Shown in pieces: positions 9,525 through 19,514 of a DNA stretch of 55,523 nt (position 1 is the stretch's first letter; each line of letters opens with the position of its first letter). The notes under the pieces are model-generated. The model was not told the DNA's origin and did not search any database. It was given only the letters and a program-made list of their open reading frames with translations. Both the position numbers and the translations under genes were made by a program. The stretch is taken from positions 1 through 55,523 of IMG/VR virus record IMGVR_UViG_3300037462_000746, one strand, 5' to 3'. Source of the stretch: a virus (lineage: Duplodnaviria > Caudoviricetes).

Positions 9525-10214
9525 CTAAAAATCAGTTTTTGAAAGCGTTTTGATTTGCTCTTCAAACTTTTTCAAATTATCGCTATCAAATTCTTTAGAT
9601 TTATAATATTCAGAGGGGTCATCTAATATTCCAAGAATTGCAACGTCTTCGACGATGCAGATAACATTGCCGTTCATAGCTCTAGACGTTAATACGTTCA
9701 TAGATTTGAAATGAACATAATCTCCAAACGTACAAGGAGGACCAGAAATAAATTTTTCAGTCGAAAACGCTTGTTTACCAATTTTTATGACTTTTCCGAT
9801 GTGGTAGTCATCCCTCAGCTCCCCATGCGCATCCATAAGATTAAAGTTATGTTCGTAAGGAGCAATGACTAGACGAATGCCTTCGGGATCAAAGCAATCT
9901 AATCCAAATGCTTCTAATGATAAGTTTTTAATTTCTTCTTGCGTCCAAAAACGTCTGTTCCGTTGCTTATAATGATCGATTGGATAAAAAGGATCTGGGT
10001 TAAACAGTGGAGAGTCATGTCCCATTAACATAGGAAAAAGCGTATTAAATCGTTTGTCCATTACGTCCATTGTGCGGAAAAGTATAGAGTTTTCCTTTAC
10101 ATGATCATAGACTGGGTATGCGAAATTCTCTGGAAGGATTTTGTCTGTTTTAGATAAAAAGCCTGGTCGAACATCCTCTTGAATCTGTGTAATTTTTTGT
10201 GGTGAAGTCGTCAT
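9525..10214 (-). CDS. GroES/Cpn10-like co-chaperonin with long N-terminal extension
   Basis: RLVIAPY...GKVIKIG..AF...GP.C..GDYVHF...IVEDVAILGIL matches the phage Cpn10 pattern. Confidence 0.75.
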   Translation of the reverse strand: MTTSPQKITQIQEDVRPGFLSKTDKILPENFAYPVYDHVKENSILFRTMDVMDKRFNTLFPMLMGHDSPLFNPDPFYPIDHYKQRNRRFWTQEEIKNLSLEAFGLDCFDPEGIRLVIAPYEHNFNLMDAHGELRDDYHIGKVIKIGKQAFSTEKFISGPPCTFGDYVHFKSMNVLTSRAMNGNVICIVEDVAILGILDDPSEYYKSKEFDSDNLKKFEEQIKTLSKTDF

Positions 10215-10319
10215 AGATAACCCTTTTTCTTATTGCTTACACTAATATATGTCAAAAAAAAAATTTAATTCAAGTAACTTGTAAAAAAAACATAAGAAAT
10301 TAGGTATAATTAATAAAAA

Positions 10320-12425
10320 ATGTATAATAAAGAGTATCCAATGCAAATGAACCAACAGTTTACACTTCAAGAGCCGGCGCAAGATTTCTTTGAAAACCTC
10401 CTTCTTAAAGCACCTCAAAACCTTTACGATGTCGAAGCAAAAATCAGTGAAATGCTCGATTATGAAATTCAAAATCGAACAGCATGGTTTGAGCGAATTC
10501 GTCAATCGATTGTTTCCCTAGGATTGACTGATATTTACACGCGAAGCATTCAGAACCCAGGAAACGTCAAGAATACTACGTATCTTGAATGTTGGTTGAA
10601 ACTTTTGAATACTTACACTTCCGAAATTTTTCAACCCATGAACTTATTAACCTATGAGATTAAATACTTATCCTTTTTGAATCAAAACGAAGAATTAAAG
10701 GCGCAAATTAATGATTTAGAGAATCTTGGCAAAACATCCACGGAAGCATTAAACTTAAATTTGTGTAAGCGTTGGTCGGAATTTGTCCCAGAGTTAAAAA
10801 AAATCATCTCATCCTGTTTTTTGACAGGTGGTGCAGTTTGCAAAGTTTTTTTTGACCCTACATTAAGACGACCCACTTTAAAATTGATTGAACCTGAAAA
10901 CTTTATTATTAATCCAAATGCATCATCCCTTGAAACGGCAGAGGAAATCTCGCATATATTTGAAATAGATGAAGAAAAACTCAATGAACTTCAAAGAAAT
11001 GGTATTTATTTAGATGTCGAATTATCTCCTAATGGAGAAGATTCAACAAACCAAGCAGGATCTGTAGAACGTACTCGCGAAACCGTAAATAACATAAAAT
11101 CACGCACCCAAGATGACATTGTTAAGAAATATCGCATCTGCGAAACTATTTTTATGGCGTTTCCTCATGAAGTTGGCGATGAATATGGAATGCAAATTTC
11201 GGGAGGGTGTAAAATGCCTTATAAAACGCATTTTCAACTTGGAACAAAGATTGCTTTGATGCGAAAGCGTTGCTGGTATCCCAACAAAGAAGAAATTACC
11301 AAAAAAATTGATATGGTGAAATTTACATATGTTCAAACAATGAATTTCTGGGGGCTTGGTTTAATACAATTGCTTGAAAATCTTCACAAAAATGCTAACT
11401 CTGTTCAAGATTCCCTCGATAAGGCAATGAAACTTGCTTACGAACCTACGGCTATTGCTTCATCTAACATCACTATTAACCAAGCCAATATGCGGATTCA
11501 GCCTGGATTCGTTAACGTGTTTAATGGGTATAATCCCGGTGACATGTTCCACCACATTGAATTTCCTCAACCTACGCCAATTTTCATGGAATACCTTAAT
11601 TTTATAGAAGGGAAGATGAAAACGATTACTTCAATATCTCAAATTAAAATGGAAAGTTTGCCTGCAAATATCAAAGCATCAGTTTTATTATCCTTGATGA
11701 TGGAAGATTCCAAGAGCATGTCGAGCGTTATGAGGCAAATGATTCAAAGTCTGAATGAACTTTTTGAAGTTGTAAAACAATTTATGATGAATGAAATGGG
11801 TGAAAGATATTTCATCAGCAAAGAGTTTAAGCTAAAAAATAAAGACATTTTTAAAGAAATTATCGACTACAAATCAACCGCAGATCCCAACTATTCAAAC
11901 CAAGCCATGCAGGTTATCTTGTATCAAACGATTTTTGAATATGCCGCAGCTCATCCCGAATTGTTTAAAATGGATGAACTGTATCGTAGATTTTTCAATG
12001 TTCTTAAAATTGTTAACATTGATGAAATTATGCTCACCCCTGAAGAGCTTCAAAAACAAAAACAAGATCAACAAACTATGGTCGACCAACAAAATCAGAT
12101 GCAACAAGCTCAAATTCAAATGCAGCAAGAGCAAATGCAAACTCAAAATCAACTTATGGATAAAGAACTTGAGATTACTGCTCAAAAGAATCAAATGGAA
12201 GCAGAAATTAAACAGCTTACGCTTGAAACCAATAAACAATTGGATGCGCTTAAAGTTCGCCATGAAGAAATTCACGACAAAGCTCTGCTTGAGCAGCAAA
12301 ACATGATTGAGGATGAAAAGAGAAAAGAAACAATTTTAAATTACATCATTAAAATGAAAGAGCTTGAATTGAAATATGGTATACAGATTAACATTGATCC
12401 ACAGAAAGAATTAAACGATGCCTAA
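10320..12425 (+). CDS. Portal protein (P22-like)
   Basis: 701 aa; GGAVCKVFFDP, IEPENFII, FWGLGLI, PG motifs; Q-rich C-terminal coiled coil. Confidence 0.85.
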   Translation: MYNKEYPMQMNQQFTLQEPAQDFFENLLLKAPQNLYDVEAKISEMLDYEIQNRTAWFERIRQSIVSLGLTDIYTRSIQNPGNVKNTTYLECWLKLLNTYTSEIFQPMNLLTYEIKYLSFLNQNEELKAQINDLENLGKTSTEALNLNLCKRWSEFVPELKKIISSCFLTGGAVCKVFFDPTLRRPTLKLIEPENFIINPNASSLETAEEISHIFEIDEEKLNELQRNGIYLDVELSPNGEDSTNQAGSVERTRETVNNIKSRTQDDIVKKYRICETIFMAFPHEVGDEYGMQISGGCKMPYKTHFQLGTKIALMRKRCWYPNKEEITKKIDMVKFTYVQTMNFWGLGLIQLLENLHKNANSVQDSLDKAMKLAYEPTAIASSNITINQANMRIQPGFVNVFNGYNPGDMFHHIEFPQPTPIFMEYLNFIEGKMKTITSISQIKMESLPANIKASVLLSLMMEDSKSMSSVMRQMIQSLNELFEVVKQFMMNEMGERYFISKEFKLKNKDIFKEIIDYKSTADPNYSNQAMQVILYQTIFEYAAAHPELFKMDELYRRFFNVLKIVNIDEIMLTPEELQKQKQDQQTMVDQQNQMQQAQIQMQQEQMQTQNQLMDKELEITAQKNQMEAEIKQLTLETNKQLDALKVRHEEIHDKALLEQQNMIEDEKRKETILNYIIKMKELELKYGIQINIDPQKELNDA

Positions 12426-12769
12426 AAAGCTAGTTTCTTTTCTATAAGTTTTATGGAATGTTGATCGTTGGTTAATGCAATATAGCACGGAGAATAATAC
12501 TGGTATTTGTTTTTTACAGGAGATTTTTCTGATCCAAGTACGCCTTTGATAATAACATTTTCTTTATCAAAAGCTGTGTTATTGGTAATAAATTTCTGAA
12601 GATTCTCATCATGAATATAAACTGGAATATTGCTATATTTATTATTTTTATCATCTTCTAGAAGTATGAGGTGAACCAAAATACATTCTTTGTTGGATGC
12701 ATTCTTTAAGTTCCAATACAAAGGATTAAGTTCAAGCTTACCTGTTATTTCTATGTTATTAGTAACCAT
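12422..12769 (-). CDS. SSB-like OB-fold protein
   Basis: NNIEITGKL..NP ... VIIKGVL pattern of SSB; lacks acidic tail. Confidence 0.5.
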   Translation of the reverse strand: MVTNNIEITGKLELNPLYWNLKNASNKECILVHLILLEDDKNNKYSNIPVYIHDENLQKFITNNTAFDKENVIIKGVLGSEKSPVKNKYQYYSPCYIALTNDQHSIKLIEKKLAF

Positions 12770-12900
12770 GACATCTTAAAAGTTTTTGCCTAATGTATAA
12801 TAATGTGCTTGTTGTAATCATGCAACATTTATTTATTATTTTTTTATTTTCAGCCTATTTAGCAAGTGTTATAGTTTTTGTATTATTTGGAGTAAAATAT

Positions 12901-13554
12901 ATGAATACAGTCGATAAACCCTCTCCCGCTTTTATTTCTGAAATTTTAAAAGACGAGCTGGACTACAAGGAAAGAAAAAAGGATGAGCAAGAAAAAAAAC
13001 GTCAAGCAGTTCATCGCAAAAAAGAAATAGAAATTGCTGAAGAAGAAGTTAAGGTAGCTGGGATAATTAATTCCGAATTAGAATCAAAACCTACAATGGA
13101 AGGTCAATGGTTTATGACAAACTATGATGATCCTTTGTCAGAAATACTTAACTCTCCTCCCTATTATTATCTTATTCAAAACATTCCCGAAATACTTGTT
13201 CCTAAATTTAAACATGTTAAAAAAATTTATTTTGGAGCAAAAATGATTAAGACTCAGCATATGCAATCAAATATGGTAGCGCTGCCCATCATAATACATA
13301 AACTCTTTATAGGTTTATTAATTGAGCCACCCCAATACGAAGATATTGTCGCATCGCACAAAGCATCTGTTTCTGAATCTTCGTTTGCGTTTAATCTTGA
13401 AGAAGAATGTTACTATCGATGGTTCAACAACCTTCCAAGTCTAAAAGCATATCACGATTATATGGCGATCATAAACCAAGTGGGAATTTCGCTCCATTTT
13501 AATTACAGCCCTCAAAAACTGATTATGGCTCTCGAAAATGTTAAAGAATTCTAA
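12901..13554 (+). CDS. Hypothetical protein
   Basis: Likely start ATG 12901 after GGAG. Confidence 0.65.
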   Translation: MNTVDKPSPAFISEILKDELDYKERKKDEQEKKRQAVHRKKEIEIAEEEVKVAGIINSELESKPTMEGQWFMTNYDDPLSEILNSPPYYYLIQNIPEILVPKFKHVKKIYFGAKMIKTQHMQSNMVALPIIIHKLFIGLLIEPPQYEDIVASHKASVSESSFAFNLEEECYYRWFNNLPSLKAYHDYMAIINQVGISLHFNYSPQKLIMALENVKEF

Positions 13555-13861
13555 GGGTAGAGGAAGACCACCTAATATTGAAGAAGATTATGCACTTCTT
13601 ACAGAAGTGCATTCGATAGATGATATTCCAAGCGTTGGTATCAAAATATTGAATACACTTGGAAAGGGCAATATTAAAATAGCATCGGCTAAAAACATGT
13701 TTTATCTTTTAAAAAGCTTAGATCAGCTTGCGTATTCTTCAATGGATCGTTTGTCGAAACAAAAATTTAAACTCATATGCCAAGTGGCAGATCAAATTCA
13801 GAACAAAGGAATTTCAGCAATAGAACATGATATGGATGAAGACGATCTCATTGACTTTTAA
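13538..13861 (+). CDS. Hypothetical protein, possible terminase small subunit
   Basis: N-terminal GRGRPP, helical, acidic tail; weak assignment. Confidence 0.35.
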   Translation: MLKNSKGRGRPPNIEEDYALLTEVHSIDDIPSVGIKILNTLGKGNIKIASAKNMFYLLKSLDQLAYSSMDRLSKQKFKLICQVADQIQNKGISAIEHDMDEDDLIDF

Positions 13862-13885
13862 GTTGTTTTCACATACTCTCTAAAT

Positions 13886-13954
13886 GGACAAATAACGTTC
13901 ATCTTATGTTTAAAGACATTTCAACACCCTTCGTCAACAAGAGGGTGTTTTTTT
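13886..13954 (+). ncRNA. Candidate sRNA 5
   Basis: TTGACT(13851-13856)-17-TACTCT(13874-13879); 5' hairpin GGAC/GTTC; terminator AACACCCT/AGGGTGTT + T-run. Confidence 0.6.
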
Positions 13955-13992
13955 CAATTGACTTATAAAGTCATCATGATTATGATATCCCT

Positions 13993-14081
13993 GTGAAAAA
14001 GAATGCAACTTTTTCTCAATCATTTTATTTTCTTATATTGTATAATGACTTACACCCTTTTGCAAGGAAGGGTGTTTTTTT
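13993..14081 (+). ncRNA. Candidate sRNA 6
   Basis: TTGACT(13958-13963)-17-TATGAT(13981-13986); hairpin GAAAAAG/CTTTTTC; terminator ACACCCTT/AAGGGTGT + T-run. Confidence 0.72.
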
Positions 14082-14109
14082 ATGTTTTATGCACTAAATA
14101 GATAGATGA

Positions 14110-14136
14110 AAGGCGTTTTTTCTAGAAAAACGCCTT
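14110..14136. terminator. Inverted repeat, probable terminator for gene 14155-14487
   Basis: AAGGCGTTTTT/AAAAACGCCTT stem. Confidence 0.55.
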
Positions 14137-14154
14137 ATTAAAAGTAATATTACT

Positions 14155-14487
14155 TTAATATTGAAAAATCTTAGTGACTGTTCGCTTCATTTCGACTTTA
14201 TTGTCGCCATAAGAAAGCTTTTTGAAAGGACTTTCTTCTGTTTCGTTAAAATAATTACCTCCACCAGCATTTAAAAATGGTTGTCGCTCACCTGACCAAT
14301 TATAAAATTGGTTTTGCTTTTTAGCAAAGTTCTCGCCAGTTGAAGCAGGAAGCAAATCACCTTCCTTATATGCCATATTCATTTCTTTTTCCATATCAGC
14401 TTTACGTGAACGTAAAAGTTCATCAAACGAAGGGCCTAAAGCTGACCCGCCAGTCGTGTTCCAAGAGGTGCGCTCAAAATCGTCCAT
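14155..14487 (-). CDS. Hypothetical protein
   Basis: 110 aa with (AAT)n leader and AGGT RBS. Confidence 0.65.
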   Translation of the reverse strand: MDDFERTSWNTTGGSALGPSFDELLRSRKADMEKEMNMAYKEGDLLPASTGENFAKKQNQFYNWSGERQPFLNAGGGNYFNETEESPFKKLSYGDNKVEMKRTVTKIFQY

Positions 14488-14549
14488 AATTTTTACCTAT
14501 TTATTATTATTATAAAGGTAGTTTAGCTTAATTTGCATATTTTTACACC

Positions 14550-15791
14550 TTAAAAACGACTATATTTTAGCTTTTCTTGCCTGTGTACTTCATCCCAATC
14601 AATGAATGATTCTTCGCTCCAATTTTGAGTCTCTTCACCTGTTTTTTTCTCGTCCAAAAGTGCTTCTACAAGCCTGTTTTTAAAAATATTTACATGATAG
14701 ATGACAAAGTCTTTTTTAAAAATCTTTGTGGCAAGCCACCTAATATATTCAAAACTATACCGTTGGTTCTTTTGGATAAATACCTCGTCCTGAATCTCCC
14801 TTAACAACATCTCGTCCTTTATCCCCTTTTCAAGAGGATAGGAAGAGGTTTTAAAGAGCATCGTTGTAAAATTAATGAAATGATGTTGGTTTTGAAAAAC
14901 TTTAATGACGTTGTTCTGATGCATGTCTAAAGCTATTTCCTGAAGCTTTGCTTTGATCTCGTCCTCCGATACAAGCTTGTTTTTGAAATATAGGTTAGTT
15001 TTTATAGCTTTTATTAACCTTTCTATCTCTTTTGATTTTGAATCGATAATTTCATTAAGCGTAAACATTCTATTTAATTTTTCCAGTTTTGCCGTAAGTA
15101 TAATTCTGTTTATTTTTTTTAAAAAATAATAATCTATCTGTGCTGAAATCGGTACAAAAGTTTTCACAGGGTTTTCCGAAGGGTTATTCACATGTTTAGG
15201 TTTGCATACAAATAAAGGCTTATATTCAGGATTTAAGTGAAAATTCTTCGTTCTTTTGCCATTAACTACCTTTTCTAAAGGGCTAATAAAACCCAGTTTT
15301 TCGATCGATTTCAGATATTTGCTGACAGTGTTCCTATCGAGATTAATCGCTTTAGATAAATAGATGATGCAGTTGTCTTGTTTTTCGCTTCGATGACTTA
15401 AAAGAAACAGAAGCAAAAGATGCCTAAAATCAACGCGTTTATCGTGAAATAAGCTCGAATTTACTGCTGACTTAGCAGATTGCTCATATTTTTCACGATT
15501 AATAACTGAATATTCGTTATTAATGATGCGAATATATCCCTTTTCTTGCAACGCCTTCATTACAATCATCATTTTGCGAGGTGGAACGTTGGTTTTAAAA
15601 TTCGACCACCTTAATGCAAGAGAAGACAAAGAGATATATTTTACATTCTTAATATCGTTTTTTGTATGTAAAAAATGTGCCAGCAGTAAAGATTTTTCCC
15701 GGAAAGTGACATTTTTATCACACATTAGGGTAAGAGGAATAAAAGTAAAGTTTTTTTCTTTATCTTTTTGTATTTTCTTGGTATTCTTCAT
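14550..15791 (-). CDS. Putative replication initiator with two winged-HTH domains
   Basis: Two HTH repeats (MKALQEKGYIRI; LSKAINLDRNTVSKYLKSIEKLGFI); FTFIP..L motif of phage replisome organisers; start uncertain (15791 or 15827). Confidence 0.7.
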   Translation of the reverse strand: MKNTKKIQKDKEKNFTFIPLTLMCDKNVTFREKSLLLAHFLHTKNDIKNVKYISLSSLALRWSNFKTNVPPRKMMIVMKALQEKGYIRIINNEYSVINREKYEQSAKSAVNSSLFHDKRVDFRHLLLLFLLSHRSEKQDNCIIYLSKAINLDRNTVSKYLKSIEKLGFISPLEKVVNGKRTKNFHLNPEYKPLFVCKPKHVNNPSENPVKTFVPISAQIDYYFLKKINRIILTAKLEKLNRMFTLNEIIDSKSKEIERLIKAIKTNLYFKNKLVSEDEIKAKLQEIALDMHQNNVIKVFQNQHHFINFTTMLFKTSSYPLEKGIKDEMLLREIQDEVFIQKNQRYSFEYIRWLATKIFKKDFVIYHVNIFKNRLVEALLDEKKTGEETQNWSEESFIDWDEVHRQEKLKYSRF

Positions 15792-15833
15792 TCGATATAG
15801 CGCCTTATTTTGTTTACAGCATATCAACCTTAT

Positions 15834-15915
15834 GAAAAAAAAAGATTAATTTCAAGTTTTTTTTAAGGATGTGATTAAGACACACAACCCCATCTTGGCG
15901 CAGATGGGGTTTTTT
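15834..15915 (+). ncRNA. Possible sRNA 15 (weak promoter)
   Basis: Plus-strand terminator AACCCCATC/GATGGGGTT + T-run between two minus-strand genes; promoter match poor. Confidence 0.35.
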
Positions 15916-15916
15916 A

Positions 15917-17674
15917 TTACCAAAAAGTGTTTGTTTCAAGAGGCATTGATCTTGGCGTAATGTCAATGCGAGGCAAAGCCGCAGCAATATCGTGAATCAT
16001 TCTTTCTTCTTCATAACGATTTACAAGTATTTTTCTCTGTTCCATAAAATCTAACGCTTGAGAAAACGTGTCAATCACATCTCGCGCTGCTTTTCCAGAG
16101 TTAGGAAAAGACGTACACGCATTAATAAATTTCTGACTAAAATGTGTGTATTCACCATTTAGATCTACAGGTAAATAGATCTTCCCAGATTCAATTAATG
16201 GCGTTATCTTAATTACGCGCGTTTCTTTGGCATCATCTTCTTTAGCAAACCCGCGTTCTGAAAGGGAAGTAGGTGTATACCCCACAATGTTATTGTGTTG
16301 CATCCGCCTTAAACACTGAATTAAATTTTTACCGTTGGCTTTTTCTTCAATAATTACAATATGTGGTTTTAGAACTCCATTCATATGCGCTTCACGTGTA
16401 AGTGAGTCGTCATAAATATTTTTGACCTGCATATTTAAAACTTTAAGAAGTTCTGGGAAATCAAGCCTATCATACCAAACATTTAACAATACGGCTGCTT
16501 TAGTGTGTTCGGATTCTCTGAAAATACCCCATGCAGTACTTGCGCTGAAGTCCGCATTCATATTAGAACTCATAGCCGTATCAACTGATAAAATCACCAT
16601 TTCCAATGAACTCATCATATGAAGATGGAATTTCCTAAACCAATCAAGCTTGATGATGTTTCCTTCTTTAGGTGTTGGATCTCCCTGATAAATAGAGTTA
16701 AAATCTGCAACCGAAATATTCTTTCTAATTTTTTCAATGCCTTTTTCGGTATATCTTGATGGACTAGTCACTTCATTTTTTGTTTTGCGATAGTCTTCCC
16801 AAATTAATTCCCCTGTGTAAGGGCTTATGATTTTACAATGTCGTTCTGGATCATACAGAAAGGGTATAACAACATAGGTGAGATCTTTATCCTTTTGTGA
16901 AAGGATTCGTCCAAATAAATCTTCATCATGGCTTCTATGCATCACACCTATCATAATAGATTCTTTAAAATTATCCCGCCGTCCGTAAAACACTTTTGTA
17001 AAAGTGTTCCATATTTTCTCTCGATGGGACTTGTAACGTATCTTAGTTAAGTCATTTGGGTCATCGATAAGTAAAACAGTGCCTCCTGACCCCGTTGCTG
17101 CGCCATCAAAACCTACCGCTCTTCGTGATCCTCCTTGATTTGTATGCGTCACTTCTTTGTTGTATTTTCTCAAGGACAAATCGCTACCAAAAAGATCTTT
17201 AAACTTTTTAGAGTTAATTAAATCTTGCATAGCGCTATTAAAACCTCTGGCATGGAAAGAACTATAGCTTGCTGTTAAAAAAGATAAACGTGGTTTATGC
17301 AATAGTAAAAAGGCTGGAAGAAGAATGCTAATTAATGTTGATTTACCCTCACGAAGAGGGGTGTGTATTAATACGTCGCCCAATTTACCCCGAATAATCG
17401 CATTGACGCATGCGCAAATTCCATCAATAGGAACGGATTCGGTAAAAGGGTTGCTTGTACCAGCTTCATCCCAAAAATATTTAGCGAACTCTTTAAAATC
17501 AAGCAAAAGCTTTTTTTTTAGAGCCTTTTTCTTTGGCTCATTTTGTAAATAATCTTTGAGGTTCTTTGCCTTTACAAAGGTGGCGTCAATAATCTTTTCA
17601 ATGGGTGATAAAGGTAACATTATTTTTATACTATAGCCCCAACATTTTATAGATTTTTTATTTGTTTGTAGCAT
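15917..17674 (-). CDS. terL: Terminase large subunit
   Basis: Walker A PLREGKS, Walker B LLIDDP, nuclease SVDTA, IEEKANG, DVIDTFSQAL; start may be 17620. Confidence 0.95.
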   Translation of the reverse strand: MLQTNKKSIKCWGYSIKIMLPLSPIEKIIDATFVKAKNLKDYLQNEPKKKALKKKLLLDFKEFAKYFWDEAGTSNPFTESVPIDGICACVNAIIRGKLGDVLIHTPLREGKSTLISILLPAFLLLHKPRLSFLTASYSSFHARGFNSAMQDLINSKKFKDLFGSDLSLRKYNKEVTHTNQGGSRRAVGFDGAATGSGGTVLLIDDPNDLTKIRYKSHREKIWNTFTKVFYGRRDNFKESIMIGVMHRSHDEDLFGRILSQKDKDLTYVVIPFLYDPERHCKIISPYTGELIWEDYRKTKNEVTSPSRYTEKGIEKIRKNISVADFNSIYQGDPTPKEGNIIKLDWFRKFHLHMMSSLEMVILSVDTAMSSNMNADFSASTAWGIFRESEHTKAAVLLNVWYDRLDFPELLKVLNMQVKNIYDDSLTREAHMNGVLKPHIVIIEEKANGKNLIQCLRRMQHNNIVGYTPTSLSERGFAKEDDAKETRVIKITPLIESGKIYLPVDLNGEYTHFSQKFINACTSFPNSGKAARDVIDTFSQALDFMEQRKILVNRYEEERMIHDIAAALPRIDITPRSMPLETNTFW

Positions 17675-17717
17675 AATATATCCTGAAGTTAGTTGTAAAA
17701 CTATTTTCAGGAGAATT

Positions 17718-18080
17718 ATGAAATCTGTCTTTATTCCGTTGGCGCTTCTTTCATCCTCTTTAGCCTCAAGTTCTCAAACCATAGAGGGTGATGAACGAAC
17801 TTATACCTCATTTAAAATTATCCATATTGATACCAACAATCAGGTATTGCCTGTTTTACCCCCAAATACACCTTTAGATGTTACGGGCGTCAATACCGAA
17901 AGAGCTTTGAGAAAATCTGCAAAACGAAAACGTTATACTGTTGTATACTACACCGAAGATTGGGAATTAGAATGGCTAAATTTTCTTAAAGTCATTCTTG
18001 AAGAAGTTCAAGATGTTCATCCTCCTTGCATTTTGGAAAAGCGGGAAACATACAATGCTCGAAGATTTTACAGCGAATAA
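17718..18080 (+). CDS. Hypothetical protein with signal peptide
   Basis: MKSVFIPLALLSSSLAS N-terminus; RBS AGGAG. Confidence 0.65.
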   Translation: MKSVFIPLALLSSSLASSSQTIEGDERTYTSFKIIHIDTNNQVLPVLPPNTPLDVTGVNTERALRKSAKRKRYTVVYYTEDWELEWLNFLKVILEEVQDVHPPCILEKRETYNARRFYSE

Positions 18081-18140
18081 ACTTTGATTAATTGTTAAAA
18101 ATTGCCTATCTTAATTTAACCATATAAAAAAAGAGATTAA

Positions 18141-19514
18141 ATGAGCGAATATGACGATGAATGTTTAAACGTTCTTCCCTTTGACAATTTTATGAAAGAT
18201 GCGACAAAAGAGTTTCTTTCTAATTTAATGAAGGAAACTTTTTCAGAAAAAGAATGCCCGGTTGAAGAGAGAGTCTTGATTGACAATGAAGTATTTTTAG
18301 ACAATGAGAAATGGATAAGTCTTCTTAAAAATATAGAGGTGAAAAATCCAATTCTTTATCCTAATTTGGGTAAACCTTATACCCACTATAAGCCCGAGCC
18401 AAAATTCGAGCATTATTATATGGTTTTGGAAAATTATTATGATGGATCACTAAAGCCTTTTGATCCGTGTATTTATTATGATTTGAAGCCAAATCAGAAA
18501 CTTATAACCTCTATCTATCTGAAAAGCGCACTCGAAGACTTAAGATGGAAGGATAAAACTGCTTGGATTGAAGTTCACTTGCACTTAATAAGACTCTTTT
18601 TAGACCCAAAACTCAATGAAAAAGAATCGGATGGAAATGAACATCAAGAAAGTGAGCATTGTTTTAAATACCAAATCATGACTTATTTTAATCAGTTTGG
18701 GAAACATTTCTTTTATGAAATCTTTAGCAAAACTGAAATGAAAAGATTTTTTCAACGGTTTGAAGATTTGGATACCCTCATAGAAGATGCTAAAAACTGC
18801 CATTTAATACCTGAATCTAGTTCCAAAAATTTTGATATCAAAGACCGCAAAGATGAGGCATTTTTAGAATGGGTTTCCCTTTATGTAACGCGGGACTATT
18901 TATCTGAGGAATTAAAGCTTTTCGAAAGTAGCTTACGATCACTTTCAAGCATGATGTTGTTGATGAACTATTTCACGGATGGCATTTTGGATGAGCTTAA
19001 ATTAGACAGTTCAGAAAAAGAATTTTTCACTACCATTTTTATATCTATGGATAAAGATACTAAAGGAAAAGATCAATCCTTTGTAAAAATGATCAAAAAT
19101 GCGTGTTTGCATCATTTGTATGATTTGCGCAGCACAATACTTTCGTCATTACGCGAAAGCCCACAGTTAATTGACCACATTCATTATGAAACCTCTCTCA
19201 TACGTAAAAAGTTTAAAAACTCTAACTATCCACAAATTAGCACGGAATATCTTCTTTTCAATTGGAATAACGTTGGTTTTGTGAGCTTAAATGACCCTTT
19301 AATTTATGATGATATTGCCTACCAACCTTTAATAACTAGGATTTTACAACAAAAGAAGTTTTATGAAGAAATAAGGACTAAAGTGTTTCGAAGTGCTAAA
19401 GAATTCTACTATATAAAGGCAAGAATTAATTTTAATACTCAATTAAATCGTAATGAAACTTTAGATCAAACAACGTTTCTTGAACCCCCATATTTAGGGG
19501 GCTATAAATTATAA
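18141..19514 (+). CDS. Hypothetical protein
   Basis: 457 aa ORF. Confidence 0.75.
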   Translation: MSEYDDECLNVLPFDNFMKDATKEFLSNLMKETFSEKECPVEERVLIDNEVFLDNEKWISLLKNIEVKNPILYPNLGKPYTHYKPEPKFEHYYMVLENYYDGSLKPFDPCIYYDLKPNQKLITSIYLKSALEDLRWKDKTAWIEVHLHLIRLFLDPKLNEKESDGNEHQESEHCFKYQIMTYFNQFGKHFFYEIFSKTEMKRFFQRFEDLDTLIEDAKNCHLIPESSSKNFDIKDRKDEAFLEWVSLYVTRDYLSEELKLFESSLRSLSSMMLLMNYFTDGILDELKLDSSEKEFFTTIFISMDKDTKGKDQSFVKMIKNACLHHLYDLRSTILSSLRESPQLIDHIHYETSLIRKKFKNSNYPQISTEYLLFNWNNVGFVSLNDPLIYDDIAYQPLITRILQQKKFYEEIRTKVFRSAKEFYYIKARINFNTQLNRNETLDQTTFLEPPYLGGYKL

